A DNA stretch of 44,891 nt, taken from a virus. The stretch spans positions 1 to 44,891 of IMG/VR virus record IMGVR_UViG_3300028048_000213; one strand, given 5' to 3'. Positions 44,466 through 44,891 of this stretch are shown here, piece after piece. The notes below the pieces were generated by a model. That model was not told the origin of the DNA. It saw only the letters and a program-made list of their open reading frames with translations, and searched no databases. Made by a program: the position numbers and the translations under genes. Numbering within the stretch: the first letter of the stretch is position 1; the number at the start of each line of letters is the position of its first letter.

Positions 44466-44891
44466 ATGTACGATACATTATTAGATTACAATAACAACAT
44501 GGGATATGTTCCACCATTAGATGTTCCCGAATCCAAAGCAGAAATCATTTATCGGGTTACAGAAAAAATGAGCAAATACTGTAATCAGAAACAATTAAGC
44601 GAATTAAACAAGGTTCTGATTCATGAATTAGAAAAAGTGGACATCATAACCCAAGAAAAACCTATTTTAGAAGATGCGAAAAGAGAGAATGAAAGATTAT
44701 TGAATGATTTTATTGATGCTAAAAAACTGGAAGGCCGAAGCATAAACACTTTAGTCTATTACAGATCCACACTTGAGAAATTTTTAGAAACCCTTAACAA
44801 ACCAGTTACCGATGTAAGAGCTCAGGAATTAAGACCATACCTGCTTAATTATGGAGAAACTGTTAGTAAAGTCACATTAGATAATGTCCGA
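44466..44891 (+). CDS. XerD-like recombinase, 5' part (second copy, truncated by the window end)
   Basis: About 99% identical to 6672-7097. Confidence 0.9.
   Translation, partial: MYDTLLDYNNNMGYVPPLDVPESKAEIIYRVTEKMSKYCNQKQLSELNKVLIHELEKVDIITQEKPILEDAKRENERLLNDFIDAKKLEGRSINTLVYYRSTLEKFLETLNKPVTDVRAQELRPYLLNYGETVSKVTLDNVR

Larger units (their letters stand above)
36590..44891 (+). mobile_element. Second (variant B) copy of the viral early/replication region, truncated by the window end
   Basis: Collinear homologs of the genes at 1-1045, 5683-5928 and 6672-7097, with divergent cassettes between them. Confidence 0.9.

Noticed and set aside
1-44891. CRISPR or mini-CRISPR array
   Set aside because: No regularly spaced repeat-spacer units; the repeats found are short iterons or gene-level duplications.

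Overview
The window is a temperate head-tail (siphovirus-like Caudoviricetes) virus of a pseudomurein-walled methanogen (Methanobacteriales, Methanobrevibacter-like). The host is inferred from pseudomurein-binding repeats, Pei-like peptidases, ERCC4 nucleases and GGTGA/GGAGG ribosome-binding sites. Positions 1-36589 form one complete genome unit: early/replication genes, Xer-like recombinase, small accessory genes, packaging, head, tail, lysis, integrase and an AbrB-like regulator. From 36590 the genome starts again, and 36590-44891 is a second, allelic version (B) of the early region at 1-7097 (A). A and B share near-identical flanks but carry non-homologous or highly divergent replication cassettes. 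They differ in helicase, candidate origin repeats, SSB/annealing gene order and methyltransferase set. This is either a tandem of two related proviruses or an assembly path through two co-existing variants; the terminal exact match is 127 bp, which hints at the latter. Most interesting signals: (1) interchangeable replicon cassettes, each with its own iteron-like repeats; (2) C-terminal PCNA-binding (PIP-box-like) tails on all three methyltransferase-fold proteins and on a small Cys-rich protein; (3) HsdM-like proteins lacking the catalytic motif next to a second tyrosine recombinase; (4) a MuF head protein with an AT-rich HExxH metallopeptidase extension; (5) a tail-tip protein ending in a Pei-like transglutaminase-fold peptidase; (6) a candidate +1 frameshift in the tail chaperone; (7) a 15-bp late-promoter motif, a tRNA-like element and a structured leader. 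All product calls come from motif recognition by eye; no database searches were run.
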